From: an uncultured bacterium
GTDB taxonomy: Bacteria; Oederibacteriota; PGYV01; CAWJRG01
Assembly (NCBI GenBank): GCA_963845185.1
Contig: CAWJRG010000005.1
Coordinates: 672,001 to 736,000, forward strand
Direction of reading: 5' to 3'
Length of the DNA: 64,000 bases
In this document: positions 36,742-45,980 of the stretch, piece by piece
Layout: every line of letters starts with the position of its first letter
Position numbering within the stretch: position 1 is the first letter of the stretch
Notes under the pieces: model-generated
What the model saw: the letters and a program-made list of their open reading frames with translations, nothing else
The model's database searches: none
What the model was told of the DNA's origin: nothing
Program-made: the position numbers and the translations under genes

Positions 36742-38371
36742 CAGACTGTGTCATAATGTTTTTGTAGTCTGAAACGATATTTGACAGATAAAAAATGGTA
36801 TAATGTCTCCAGAAAACACATCAGAAAAGGAGACAAAAATGGCATACCGATATGGAGACCGAAGTCAGTTGACAATGTTTCCGCAGAGCATAGAAGAATA
36901 TGTAGGGGAAGATGATCCTGTAAGGGCGTACGACGCGTTCGTAAAGGCGTTGAAAATGGAAGAACTTGGGATAGTAATAGATGAAACGCAAATGGGAAAT
37001 TCGGAATACGACCCTGAGGCTATGATAAAATTGCTGGTATACGGATATTCATACGGGACACGAAGTTCGAGAAAACTGGAAAGAGCGACGCATCATAATG
37101 TGTCTTTTATGTGGCTGCTGGGAGGATTGAAGCCGGATCATAAAACAATAGCAAGGTTTCGAAAAGACAACCGGGAAATGTTGAAAAACGTGATGAAACA
37201 AAGCGCAAAGATGTGTATGAAACTGGGATTGATAGAAGGAAACACGCTATTTGTAGACGGGAGCAAGATAAGGGCGAACGCGTCGATAAATAACACATGG
37301 ACAATGGAGCGGTGTGAAAAAAGGATAAAGAAGATAGAAGAAAACATAGAAGCGATAATAAAGGAGAGCGAAAAGATAGACGAGGAAGAAAGCGGCGCTG
37401 AATCACTGGTAAAGATGAAGGAAAAATTAAGAGGCAAAGAGAAATTAAAAGCAAAGATAAAAGAGGTAATGGAAGAAATAAGGAACGAGGGGAAAAAGTC
37501 GATAAATACGACAGACAAGGAATGCGTGAAAGTAAAAGGGCGTCAGGGAACGCATGCGGGATATAACGGGCAGATAGTGGTAGATGAAAGACACGGACTG
37601 ATAGTGCATAGCGACGTAGTAAACGAAAGCAATGACCGCAAGCAATTCGGGAGTCAGATTGAAGAAGCGGCGAAAACAGTTGAAAACAAATGCAAAAATG
37701 CGTGTGGGGATGCCGGATATGCCAGCATAGAAGAAATGAAAAAGATACACGACAAAGACATAAATGTAATAGTACCTTCTCAGGAACAGGTAGAGAAAAA
37801 AGACATCGGGCCGTTTGGGAAAGATAAATTCCAATACGATTCAGAGAAAGATACCTACACTTGTCCCGAAGGACAGATATTGACATGGCATAGTTTTGAT
37901 AAAAAAAAGAATCTTGAAGTATATAGGTCTACTGAAGAAAAGGCTTGTATAGAATGTAAAAACTTTGGAGTATGCACCCGGTCTCCGAAGGGCAGAATGA
38001 TAAAGAGGCTAAAAAACGAAGAACTAAAAATATTGCTTGAAGAAAAATATAAAACAAAAGAATCGCAGGATATTTTCAAGTTGAGAAAAGAGAAAGCAGA
38101 GTTGCCGTTCGGACATATTAAAAGAAATCTTGGAGTAAGCGGGTTTCTGCTGCGAGGGCTTGAAGGAGCAAGAGCTGAGATGGCGTTGTTCACAAGTTGT
38201 TTCAATATGGCTCGAATGATAAGCATTGTAGGTGTCAGGGAGTTGATTGCGCAGCTTGGATAGCAAGAAACATCGGGCCACGCAGGTTTTTTGTATAAAA
38301 CAGGATATTTTGTAGATTTTTTAATTTACCTACGGCAATCAGCTGTGGACGGAGACTTATGACACAGTCTG
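36742..38371 (+). mobile_element. IS1182-family insertion sequence (1630 bp)
   Basis: Perfect 15-bp terminal IRs CAGACTGTGTCATAA (36742-36756) and TTATGACACAGTCTG (38357-38371); 3-bp target duplication GAT (36739-36741, 38372-38374). Confidence 0.93.
36839..38263 (+). CDS. IS1182-family DDE transposase
   Basis: YDP..MIKLLVYGY, SSRKLE, PDHKTIARFR, VDGSKIRANAS, DAGY, AELPFGHIK; AAGGAG RBS before ATG 36839. Confidence 0.95.
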   Translation: MAYRYGDRSQLTMFPQSIEEYVGEDDPVRAYDAFVKALKMEELGIVIDETQMGNSEYDPEAMIKLLVYGYSYGTRSSRKLERATHHNVSFMWLLGGLKPDHKTIARFRKDNREMLKNVMKQSAKMCMKLGLIEGNTLFVDGSKIRANASINNTWTMERCEKRIKKIEENIEAIIKESEKIDEEESGAESLVKMKEKLRGKEKLKAKIKEVMEEIRNEGKKSINTTDKECVKVKGRQGTHAGYNGQIVVDERHGLIVHSDVVNESNDRKQFGSQIEEAAKTVENKCKNACGDAGYASIEEMKKIHDKDINVIVPSQEQVEKKDIGPFGKDKFQYDSEKDTYTCPEGQILTWHSFDKKKNLEVYRSTEEKACIECKNFGVCTRSPKGRMIKRLKNEELKILLEEKYKTKESQDIFKLRKEKAELPFGHIKRNLGVSGFLLRGLEGARAEMALFTSCFNMARMISIVGVRELIAQLG

Positions 38372-38402
38372 GATGCCCGTGGTGTTCTGCGTAGCTGGAT
38401 AA

Positions 38403-38439
38403 ATAAAAAACCCGAAGCAAAGTTCTTCGGGCTTTTATT
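38403..38439. terminator. Intrinsic terminator-like hairpin
   Basis: ATAAAAAA-CCCGAAG-loop-CTTCGGG-CTTTTATT. Confidence 0.6.
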
Positions 38440-38516
38440 TAACTACTCTTTTTAGAATTTTACTCGCTTACTCCCACAGGGTTTCAAGGAATAATGCTGC
38501 TCTCCAAAATGTGAGC

Positions 38517-38891
38517 TTATTCTATTTCTTTCTTTTCGTTATCTATATCTACGGATTCATCCTTAAGAACTTCTACTTCCGTAACATTCGCGCTGATAAT
38601 GCCATATGTTACGCCTTGAAGCAGGTAAGTGAAAAAATTTCCTTCTGTTTTGACCCTGACTTTTTCTTTTTCCTGAATCATGTCATTTGTGCTGTTATCC
38701 CCGAGCGGTACAAGCCCCCAAAATAAATAGAAATTCCATTTGGCGCGGACATCCTTTATCTCGCCTCCATATTCAGGCATTAAATAGGCGAAGGATTTCT
38801 TGCCGCTTTGTGAAACAATTTTTACTGTACCGCACGACATAAAAATAAAAATAATAAGTACTGCAAGGGAAATTAAAATTATCTTTTTCAT
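38517..38891 (-). CDS. Small lipoprotein (Bor/Iss-like pattern)
   Basis: FMSCG lipobox; FYLFWGLVP; AGGAG RBS. Confidence 0.65.
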   Translation of the reverse strand: MKKIILISLAVLIIFIFMSCGTVKIVSQSGKKSFAYLMPEYGGEIKDVRAKWNFYLFWGLVPLGDNSTNDMIQEKEKVRVKTEGNFFTYLLQGVTYGIISANVTEVEVLKDESVDIDNEKKEIE

Positions 38892-39152
38892 TTTTTACTC
38901 CTTTTTATTTGTTGATTTTATTGCCGGTATTAATTATATTTTAAAAGATATTTAAGTCAAGAAAAATATGTTTTGGATTATCATTACAATAAAACAAAAA
39001 AACGGCTCACCAAAAGAGGCAACATTCACAACCGGCTAATGTCAGAGAATCCTTTATCCTTATATAATGAATTACAAATGATGTCATTTTGAAGATGTTT
39101 GCTTCGTATAGCGGGCAGAAAAGGACACGTTCACAAACGCCCCTCCTGCCAG

Positions 39153-41075
39153 TCAGACGTTCCGGTAATCAATCACGGTCTGCCTGTATGCTTCAGGCAG
39201 GCCTATGTCAAAGCGCCGGCCTTTTACTACAAGGCCGCCGAATCCCTCTTCCATACGCAGCTTATCCATGCATGATGTCAGCTGGAACTCGCCTTTTTCC
39301 CGGATGTTATGCTGTATATCCTCTTCCAAATATTCGAATATTTTCGGTGTCAGGATGTACTGACCGAATACCGTCAGGTAAAGGTTTTCCTTCATCCCGT
39401 TTATGTGCAGGTGTTTTTTCGCGTAATCCGTATCAGGCTTTTCATAAAATTCGGTTATATTAAGCTCGGAGTTTTCAATGTCCCAGTTCCCGGTGACACA
39501 GCCATAGTGGCGGATTTCATCTTCCGGTGTCAGCCTAAGCCCCACTACGCTCTGGCCCCTCTTTTCAAATAAATCCATGATCTGGCGCGCGCAGGATGTG
39601 TCGGTATCAGACGCGTAAATATGGTCGCCGAGCATCAGGAGGAAAGGCTCGTTCCCGACCCAGCTCCTGCTGCAGGATATGGCATGGCCAAAACCTTCCT
39701 GCACTGTCTGCTCTATCAATGTAATCCTGTGGCCGATATCCAGTATGTAATCGCTGTATGCCTGGTTTTCCCTGGAAAGCTTGTTGAAATTCTCGATGGT
39801 CGGCGGCATAAAAAAGAATTCCTCGAATATTGCCTTGTCAGCAGGCTGGATGATTATCCCGATTTCCTCGATGCCGGCGCTGATTGCTTCCTCGATAATA
39901 GTAAGAATCGCAGGTTTTATTTTGCCGTCATTACCGATAACAGGAAAGAGCTCTTTTTTCATTGCCTTTGACGCTGGGAAAAGCCTGGTGCCGAAACCTG
40001 CTGCGGGTATCAAAGCCTTTCTCACTTTCCTGCCGGTTTCCAAAGTAAGTTTCAGGCATGGAAGGTTCAAATCTTTTTCAATGATTTCAATCACCTTGTT
40101 CTGGCTTTCCTCGTCCTTGACGATAAACTGCGCTGTGCCGTCTCCCTGCGAACCCACTCCCTTGCCGCCGAGTATGAGGGACTGTATGGGCCCGTAATTC
40201 AGGGTTTTATGCAGGACCGGCGCTGTAAGCTGGGACGGGCATGCCGGCATGCAGTTTGAATCGAATTCCTCCTGCGCTTTTTTCATCAGTTTCCCTATTT
40301 CCGCCGCGTCCCCGGCTTCGAGCATTTCAACCGCCTTGTTTGTTATAGAGGCATTGATCGGGCCGAGATAATTCTGTACTGCCTTCTGGAGGTCGTTTTC
40401 TGCAAAGGGATAGCAGTGGTTCAGCTTGGACAGGATTTCTTTTGTATCCTTGCTTGCGCAAAGGTCCACTATCACGAAATAAAGGTTTTTGGATAATTTC
40501 AATTCTATGACGTCTATCCTGTCGCCGTCGAAAGCCATGAGTATGGGCCGGTTCCCGTAAGCGCAGCCCTGATCCATCCTTCCGCAGCGGGACGGGGTAG
40601 TGATCTCTCCCATGTAGGCAAATTCCATCTCGCCCCTGGTGGTCATTTTCAGATCATAAATCCTGTTGAACGCGCGGGCAACCATTACGCAGATGGCCGC
40701 GCTGGAAGAAAGGCCTTTTTTAATCGGGAGGTCGGTGACTGTGTTGTCAATCTCAAGGCCGCGCACCCTGTAATGGGTAAGCACCTGGTACGCTACGCCG
40801 GCGGCATAGCTGAAATAACCGCCTTTTTGGGCTTCTTTCAGCAGTTCCTCGCGTTTCATAGGAACCTCAAATACATCTGTTTTTGTTCCGTCGTTAAGGG
40901 TTGATTTTATGATTAATTTGGTGGCATGCGGCTTGACCTCGGCATAAATCCCCTGGTTGGTGCCGGATATTATTGTATAGCCCTTTTCCAGCTCGGCATT
41001 TATCCTCCGGTACCCGCCGGCCCAATCGCTATGTTCTCCAAACAGGCATATTCGTCCTGGTACAAATAGTTTCAT
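39153..41075 (-). CDS. Bifunctional GHMP-family sugar kinase / GalU-like nucleotidyltransferase
   Basis: PGRICLFGEHSD, LPIKKGLSSSAA, CGRMDQ; C-half KALIPAAGFGTRLFP, GFGHAI, LGDH, EKP, FDIG. Confidence 0.88.
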   Translation of the reverse strand: MKLFVPGRICLFGEHSDWAGGYRRINAELEKGYTIISGTNQGIYAEVKPHATKLIIKSTLNDGTKTDVFEVPMKREELLKEAQKGGYFSYAAGVAYQVLTHYRVRGLEIDNTVTDLPIKKGLSSSAAICVMVARAFNRIYDLKMTTRGEMEFAYMGEITTPSRCGRMDQGCAYGNRPILMAFDGDRIDVIELKLSKNLYFVIVDLCASKDTKEILSKLNHCYPFAENDLQKAVQNYLGPINASITNKAVEMLEAGDAAEIGKLMKKAQEEFDSNCMPACPSQLTAPVLHKTLNYGPIQSLILGGKGVGSQGDGTAQFIVKDEESQNKVIEIIEKDLNLPCLKLTLETGRKVRKALIPAAGFGTRLFPASKAMKKELFPVIGNDGKIKPAILTIIEEAISAGIEEIGIIIQPADKAIFEEFFFMPPTIENFNKLSRENQAYSDYILDIGHRITLIEQTVQEGFGHAISCSRSWVGNEPFLLMLGDHIYASDTDTSCARQIMDLFEKRGQSVVGLRLTPEDEIRHYGCVTGNWDIENSELNITEFYEKPDTDYAKKHLHINGMKENLYLTVFGQYILTPKIFEYLEEDIQHNIREKGEFQLTSCMDKLRMEEGFGGLVVKGRRFDIGLPEAYRQTVIDYRNV

Positions 41076-41329
41076 AGATTATACCTCTCTTTTTTATTAT
41101 ATTAGGTAGTTTCATCCCTATTTTATCACCCCAAAGGGCAAAGGCAAGAGGAAATAGTGCAAAAGATAGTTTGGGGTATTGGGGTATAAAAAAAGCCGAC
41201 AAATGCCGGGCTTTTATTTTTGGCGCGTCATAAATCCAAGCGTTAGCGAATGGTTTATGGCTCACTAAATCATCCAATTCTCGCACTTTTTTATATCGAG
41301 GAAGGTAAAAATACTAGCCTTCTTATCGA

Positions 41330-41608
41330 CTATATTTTGAAACCAAGAATATTTAAAACAAAAAATGGAGCATAAAGGGATAATAGGATGAATATTATCG
41401 GTATGTATATTAAGCCAATCTTCCACCAATTTTTTTTATATTGTAATGCAATAAATATATAACCTATTAATGTCGAAAATAATAGTATAAACCATTCCAA
41501 ATATTCTATGGAAATTTTAGAAAAGACTGTAAATGAGCAATATAAGTAAATTGATAAAATTAAGAAAGGTAAAACAATAGACACAACAATACTGATTGAT
41601 TTCTTCAT
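41330..41608 (-). CDS. AT-rich small membrane protein
   Basis: Three hydrophobic segments; AAGGAG RBS. Confidence 0.6.
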   Translation of the reverse strand: MKKSISIVVSIVLPFLILSIYLYCSFTVFSKISIEYLEWFILLFSTLIGYIFIALQYKKNWWKIGLIYIPIIFILLSLYAPFFVLNILGFKI

Positions 41609-41831
41609 TAACCACTCCTTTTTACAATTCGTATTTTATCACTCTTATAACATTTGGCAAGTATAAACAGTGCGAGAGGGAAATTGGGGTATTGGCAGGA
41701 CTCGGTCACCTCGCCGCTACCTGCGGCTCGTCGACCCCCTCATTCACTTACGCTCGGCTCCGCCTCGCTTTTCCTCGCTAATCGCTCGGCGTTCACTCGT
41801 TTCGAGTCCTGGCCGGGGAAGAACCTATAAA

Positions 41832-41866
41832 CAAGAAAAGCCCTGAATAATTCAGGGCTTTTCTTG
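41832..41866 (-). terminator. Terminator downstream of tRNA-Asn
   Basis: CAAGAAAAGCCCTGAA-TAA-TTCAGGGCTTTTCTTG perfect inverted repeat. Confidence 0.8.
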
Positions 41867-41876
41867 CTATTATTTC

Positions 41877-41952
41877 TGGCTCCCCGGGCAGGACTCGAAC
41901 CTGCGGCACGGTGGTTAACAGCCACCTGCTCTACCAACTGAGCTACCAGGGA
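41877..41952 (-). tRNA. tRNA-Asn(GTT)
   Basis: 76-nt cloverleaf TCCCTGG...CTGTTAA...GTTCGAGTC...GGGGAGCCA. Confidence 0.97.
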
Positions 41953-42056
41953 ACCTGTTATTTGCTGTTGGCTGACTATTTTTTAGCACAATAAAATACA
42001 AAAGTCAATATTTTAAAGGCTTCCATGGGATTTCCTATAAACCTTTTTCTTATCAA

Positions 42057-42094
42057 ATAAAAAAAGCGCGGGGTATAACCGCGCTTTTTTTATT
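42057..42094. terminator. Intrinsic terminator
   Basis: A-tract-GCGCGG-loop-CCGCGC-T-tract downstream of the 58-aa gene. Confidence 0.8.
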
Positions 42095-42105
42095 GCAATA
42101 ATTGC

Positions 42106-42282
42106 TTATTTTGTTGTAGCTGCAGGTGTTGTTTTTGGTTTTTTTACTTTTTTTGTCTTTTTGTGCTTTTTGACTTTTGCTGTGCTTGCCTTTGCATTTG
42201 CTCCTGTCGTTGTTGCCGGCTCAGCCGCAAAGACTGAAACCGAGAACAGGGCAATCAGGATAACCGCGAGAATTTTCTTCAT
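42106..42282 (-). CDS. 58-aa secreted Lys/Ala/Thr-rich small protein (not in the ORF track)
   Basis: GAGGAGG RBS; MKKILAVILIALFSVSVFA-AEPATTTGANAKASTAKVKKHKKTKKVKKPKTTPAATTK; terminator follows. Confidence 0.8.
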   Translation of the reverse strand: MKKILAVILIALFSVSVFAAEPATTTGANAKASTAKVKKHKKTKKVKKPKTTPAATTK

Positions 42283-42538
42283 TTAATACACCTCCTCTCA
42301 TAATTAATTTATTTAATATTTGGATTAGTTAAAAGGATTTTATCATATTTACAGCCTGTTGGCAAATCTTATTTTATATATATTTTGGCGCATAATCTTA
42401 ATTTAAATTCCCATTTGCCTGCATAAAACCGCTTTTTTGCCGGTTACCACTAATGCTTGACAATATATTTGCTTCTGCTATCATTTTTTAAGTTGTATTT
42501 CAGATATATATGTTCAAACAGGCTAAAAGGAGGCTGCA

Positions 42539-42931
42539 ATGAAAAAGATTTTTGTGGTATTTATTATTGCTCTGCTTGTCTTTTCAATAGGATGCAGTTC
42601 TAAGAAAAGTTCTTCATCGCCTTCGGCAACAATTGTTGTTTCGGCTATTGTTGGTACAACCGCGCAATCCGTTGTCATAACAACAAGTTCCGGGCCGGTT
42701 ACCGATGCAACAGTAAAAATTAATGGCTCAATCCTTCCGCTCGTTTCTGCAGGCACAGGCGGCTATGGCGCAACATTTCTATTTGGATCAGGCGTTTCTA
42801 TAAGTTTAAGTATTACTTCCCCTGAAGGAAACGCAAGTGCCTCAGGGACTATACCTTTTTCAGCCGGGCAAACCAGCGTCCCTGTTTCCGGTGCAATGAA
42901 TGGCTCGACTATGACATTGTCAAATCCCTAA
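42539..42931 (+). CDS. Lipoprotein, Ser/Thr-rich beta protein (tandem paralogue 1)
   Basis: AAGGAGG RBS; SIGC lipobox; ends MTLSNP. Confidence 0.8.
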   Translation: MKKIFVVFIIALLVFSIGCSSKKSSSSPSATIVVSAIVGTTAQSVVITTSSGPVTDATVKINGSILPLVSAGTGGYGATFLFGSGVSISLSITSPEGNASASGTIPFSAGQTSVPVSGAMNGSTMTLSNP

Positions 42932-43210
42932 GAATAAGCAATATTTTATTTTATATTACGCGGAAAATTTCTATTTGCCGGTATAAAACCATGTTTCATT
43001 TCAAATATTATTGCTTGACAAATAAATTTTCCATGTTATTATTATCAATGTATCTAAGTTTTATATGTTTAGGCAGGCAAAAGGAGGGCAACCTGCAGTG
43101 GATAAACTTAAAATCAAACAAAGAAACACGAATTTGAAATTATTTAATTAAGCATTCTAAAATTAAGTGAGTAAAGCATTAAATTTAAAAAATTCTAAAA
43201 GGAGGTTAAA

Positions 43211-43618
43211 ATGAAAAAGTTTTTAGTGGTTTTTGTTATCGTTCTTCTTGTTTTTTCAGTAGGATGCAGCAGTAAGAAAAACTCGACATCGCCATCAACA
43301 CCGACATCGCAGGTTGCTGTTGTGGCTATGGTCGGTACCACCATGCAAATCGTTGCTGTTGTGGACAAAAACGGAAATCCAATAAGCAATGCTACAGTGA
43401 CGATTAATGGTAATAATGTTCCAGCCTATTCTTCAGTTCCGGGCGATTATGAGTCAACAATGACATTTTCGGCCGGCCAGGCAATAAGTTTAAAGGTTTC
43501 GTCATCCGGGAACCAGGATGCAACTGCTTCAGGTAATATCCCTGCTTCAGCGGGAAGTACCAATGTTAATATTTCCGGCGCAATAACTGGTTCGTATATG
43601 ACATTGTCAAACCCATAA
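43211..43618 (+). CDS. Lipoprotein (tandem paralogue 2)
   Basis: AAGGAGG RBS; SVGC lipobox; ATVTING; ends MTLSNP. Confidence 0.8.
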   Translation: MKKFLVVFVIVLLVFSVGCSSKKNSTSPSTPTSQVAVVAMVGTTMQIVAVVDKNGNPISNATVTINGNNVPAYSSVPGDYESTMTFSAGQAISLKVSSSGNQDATASGNIPASAGSTNVNISGAITGSYMTLSNP

Positions 43619-43785
43619 GAACGGGCAATATTTAATTTTATATTGCGTAGATAAATTCCCGGCGTTGGTTATGCTTCCGCCGGAAATTTTTTTTTATTAA
43701 AATCACGATTTTAAAAATCCGTATAGTCGTATATATTGTGGCGGATGTGGTTCACTCATCCTGTTTGCTTTTTAGGTGGATTTAA

Positions 43786-44868
43786 ATGCAAAAAATTATT
43801 TTTATTTCCTTCTTAATAATGGTTTTTTCAGCCCTGATTGTAGTATGCACTGTTAAAATAAGGACAAAAAAAGAAGTTGCAGTAATTGCCCCTGACAATC
43901 CTTATATCCTTTACACAGGCAGGATTGATTTTACAAACCTAAAAGCCCCGCGCTTTGACTGGCCCGGTATTTTAATACAGGCAAATTTCGACGGCACGCT
44001 CGCCGGCATAATATTGGAGGACAAAGGGAACGATTACAGTGTTTTTATTGACGGCTCGCAGATGAAAAATCTGCGGGCAAAACGCGGCACCCATACTTAT
44101 ATTATTGCGGAGAACTTAAAACCCGGCAGCCATTCCCTTCTTATAACAAAACGCACCGAGGGTTATGACGGCCTGGTTGTCTTTCACGGCCTGGTTGTCG
44201 CAAAAGGCGCGAAACTCCTTCCTCCTCCCGAAAGGCCAAAAAGAAAAATTGAATTCATAGGCGACTCGCTCACTGTAGGTTTCGGTATTGAAGGCCCCGG
44301 AGTAAAATGCAGCGAGGAGCGAAAATACAAAAATAATTATCTTGCTTTTGGCCCTGTAGCCGCGCGCGACCTTAATGCTGAATGCCACGTGGAAGCAATA
44401 TCAGGCAGGGGTGTTGTGAGAAACTGGGCTGAAAAGGGCAAGACATCAAAAGACCCCTTGCCTTTTTATTTTGACAGGACATGCCAGAACGACCCGAATC
44501 TAAAATGGGATTTTAAGTCCTGGATCCCTGACGTTGTGGTCATAAACCTCGGAGCCAACGACTTTTCAACCGAGCCAAAGCCGGACAAGGATGTTTTTAT
44601 AAGCGAATATCTTAAGCTCATAAAAACAATAAGGGGAAAATATAAAAACGCCGATATTTTCTGCGTGCTCGGGCCGGTTCAGCAGGCTCCTTTTTATGAA
44701 TACATGGATGAAATACTTTCGCGTGTAAATGACAAGAAAGTGCACAAAGCTGTCATGAGCCCTGTCCCCCAGGACGAACTTGGATGCGACTGGCATCCAA
44801 ACGCCAGGGCAAACAAAAAAATGGCTGGCGAGCTTGTAAAACAGATGAAAGAAACCCTCGGCTGGTAA
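43786..44868 (+). CDS. SGNH/GDSL esterase, carbohydrate esterase family 2-like
   Basis: YTGR, FDWPG, KRTE, IEFIGDSLT.G, NLGAND, DWHP. Confidence 0.88.
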   Translation: MQKIIFISFLIMVFSALIVVCTVKIRTKKEVAVIAPDNPYILYTGRIDFTNLKAPRFDWPGILIQANFDGTLAGIILEDKGNDYSVFIDGSQMKNLRAKRGTHTYIIAENLKPGSHSLLITKRTEGYDGLVVFHGLVVAKGAKLLPPPERPKRKIEFIGDSLTVGFGIEGPGVKCSEERKYKNNYLAFGPVAARDLNAECHVEAISGRGVVRNWAEKGKTSKDPLPFYFDRTCQNDPNLKWDFKSWIPDVVVINLGANDFSTEPKPDKDVFISEYLKLIKTIRGKYKNADIFCVLGPVQQAPFYEYMDEILSRVNDKKVHKAVMSPVPQDELGCDWHPNARANKKMAGELVKQMKETLGW

Positions 44869-44875
44869 AATCCGG

Positions 44876-45463
44876 ATGGTAAAAAACAAAAAACTTTTTT
44901 ATCTTTTCCTTTTCATGATAGAGCCGCTGCTTGTCTTGATTGCATTTGTTATTTTTGTTTTTCAAAAGAAGCCTTTTATGCCGATTTTCGCCTCCAATCT
45001 CAACCCTGTTTTGCAATTGGCCATTGGCTGCGCTTCCGGTTTATTGATAACAGTTCCGTGTGTTTACATATACAGCAATAAATTTTTTTCTGATGTTATG
45101 GGTATTTTCGTGGATTTGATAGCCGGGTTCAGCCTAAATACTCTGGATTTTATCATAATCTCAATTACAGCCGGGGTCTGTGAGGAAATACTTTTCCGCG
45201 CAACGCTTCAGCCCATTATCGGCATATGGCTCAGCTCTTTTATCTTTATTCTTTTGCACGGGTATTTTAATCCCACGAACCGGAAAATTTTGCTGTTTGG
45301 CCTGATAATGTTTGCCATAAGTTTGCTTATCGGGTGTGCTTACAAATGGGTTGGGCTTTTTGCTGCAATCGGCTTTCATTTTTCTTACGATTTCCGCGTG
45401 TTCCGGCTTGTCTCATCACTTATTAACAGCAAAAAGGATTTAACCCCGGAAAACCCTGCATGA
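44876..45463 (+). CDS. CPBP/Abi family intramembrane protease
   Basis: EEILFR, F..LH, H..YD motifs. Confidence 0.85.
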   Translation: MVKNKKLFYLFLFMIEPLLVLIAFVIFVFQKKPFMPIFASNLNPVLQLAIGCASGLLITVPCVYIYSNKFFSDVMGIFVDLIAGFSLNTLDFIIISITAGVCEEILFRATLQPIIGIWLSSFIFILLHGYFNPTNRKILLFGLIMFAISLLIGCAYKWVGLFAAIGFHFSYDFRVFRLVSSLINSKKDLTPENPA

Positions 45464-45482
45464 GTTAACCAGCTGGCGCTGC

Positions 45483-45980
45483 TTATTCTCCATATTTTTT
45501 TCTCATGAACAAATCCCCTCTTATGTTCTTGATTCTGTCTATGAATAATATTCCGTCCAGATGGTCTATTTCATGCTGGATGACAACAGCCTCAAAGCCG
45601 GATGTGTTTAATGCCTGCTCCCTGCCTTTTATATTGATGAATTTGACTTTTATGCTGTCCGCCCGCTCGACATTGCCGGTATAATCAGGTACGCTCAGGC
45701 AACCCTCCCTGTTTATGACCGCGCCTGAATAATCCAGTACCACGGGGTTTATCATAACAAGCAGCCCGTTTTTTTCAGTTGCTTTTTTATGTCCCGAGAC
45801 GTCAACGATAACTATTCTTTTTAATTCTCCTACCTGCGGCGCTGCTATGCCTACGCACCCTTTATTTGCGTACATGGTAAGCTGCAGCTGGCTTATGAAA
45901 TCACTGGTTTTATCGCTGAAAATTTTTATTTCTTCTGATTTTTCCCTCAATATGGCATCCGGGAAAAACAGGACCCTCAC
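45483..45980 (-). CDS. def: Peptide deformylase
   Basis: GIAAPQVG, EGCLS, QHEIDHLDG. Confidence 0.96.
   Translation of the reverse strand: MRVLFFPDAILREKSEEIKIFSDKTSDFISQLQLTMYANKGCVGIAAPQVGELKRIVIVDVSGHKKATEKNGLLVMINPVVLDYSGAVINREGCLSVPDYTGNVERADSIKVKFINIKGREQALNTSGFEAVVIQHEIDHLDGILFIDRIKNIRGDLFMRKKYGE

Larger units (their letters stand above)
36590..38399. mobile_element. Short hairpin-ended element (IS200/IS605-end-like MITE or REP-like), interrupted by the IS1182 copy
   Basis: Left hairpin CCACGGCC-GAA-GGCCGTGG (36601-36619); right hairpin ACCACGGGC-GAT-GCCCGTGGT rebuilt by removing the IS. Confidence 0.5.

Noticed and set aside
25185..41150. Recurring ATTTTAT(C/T)ACCC...AA(A/G)GCAAG motif at ~25185, ~36544 and ~41120
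   Set aside because: On the minus strand it reads TTGC(C/T)T...TAAAAT upstream of genes, i.e. ordinary sigma70-like promoters rather than a repeat family
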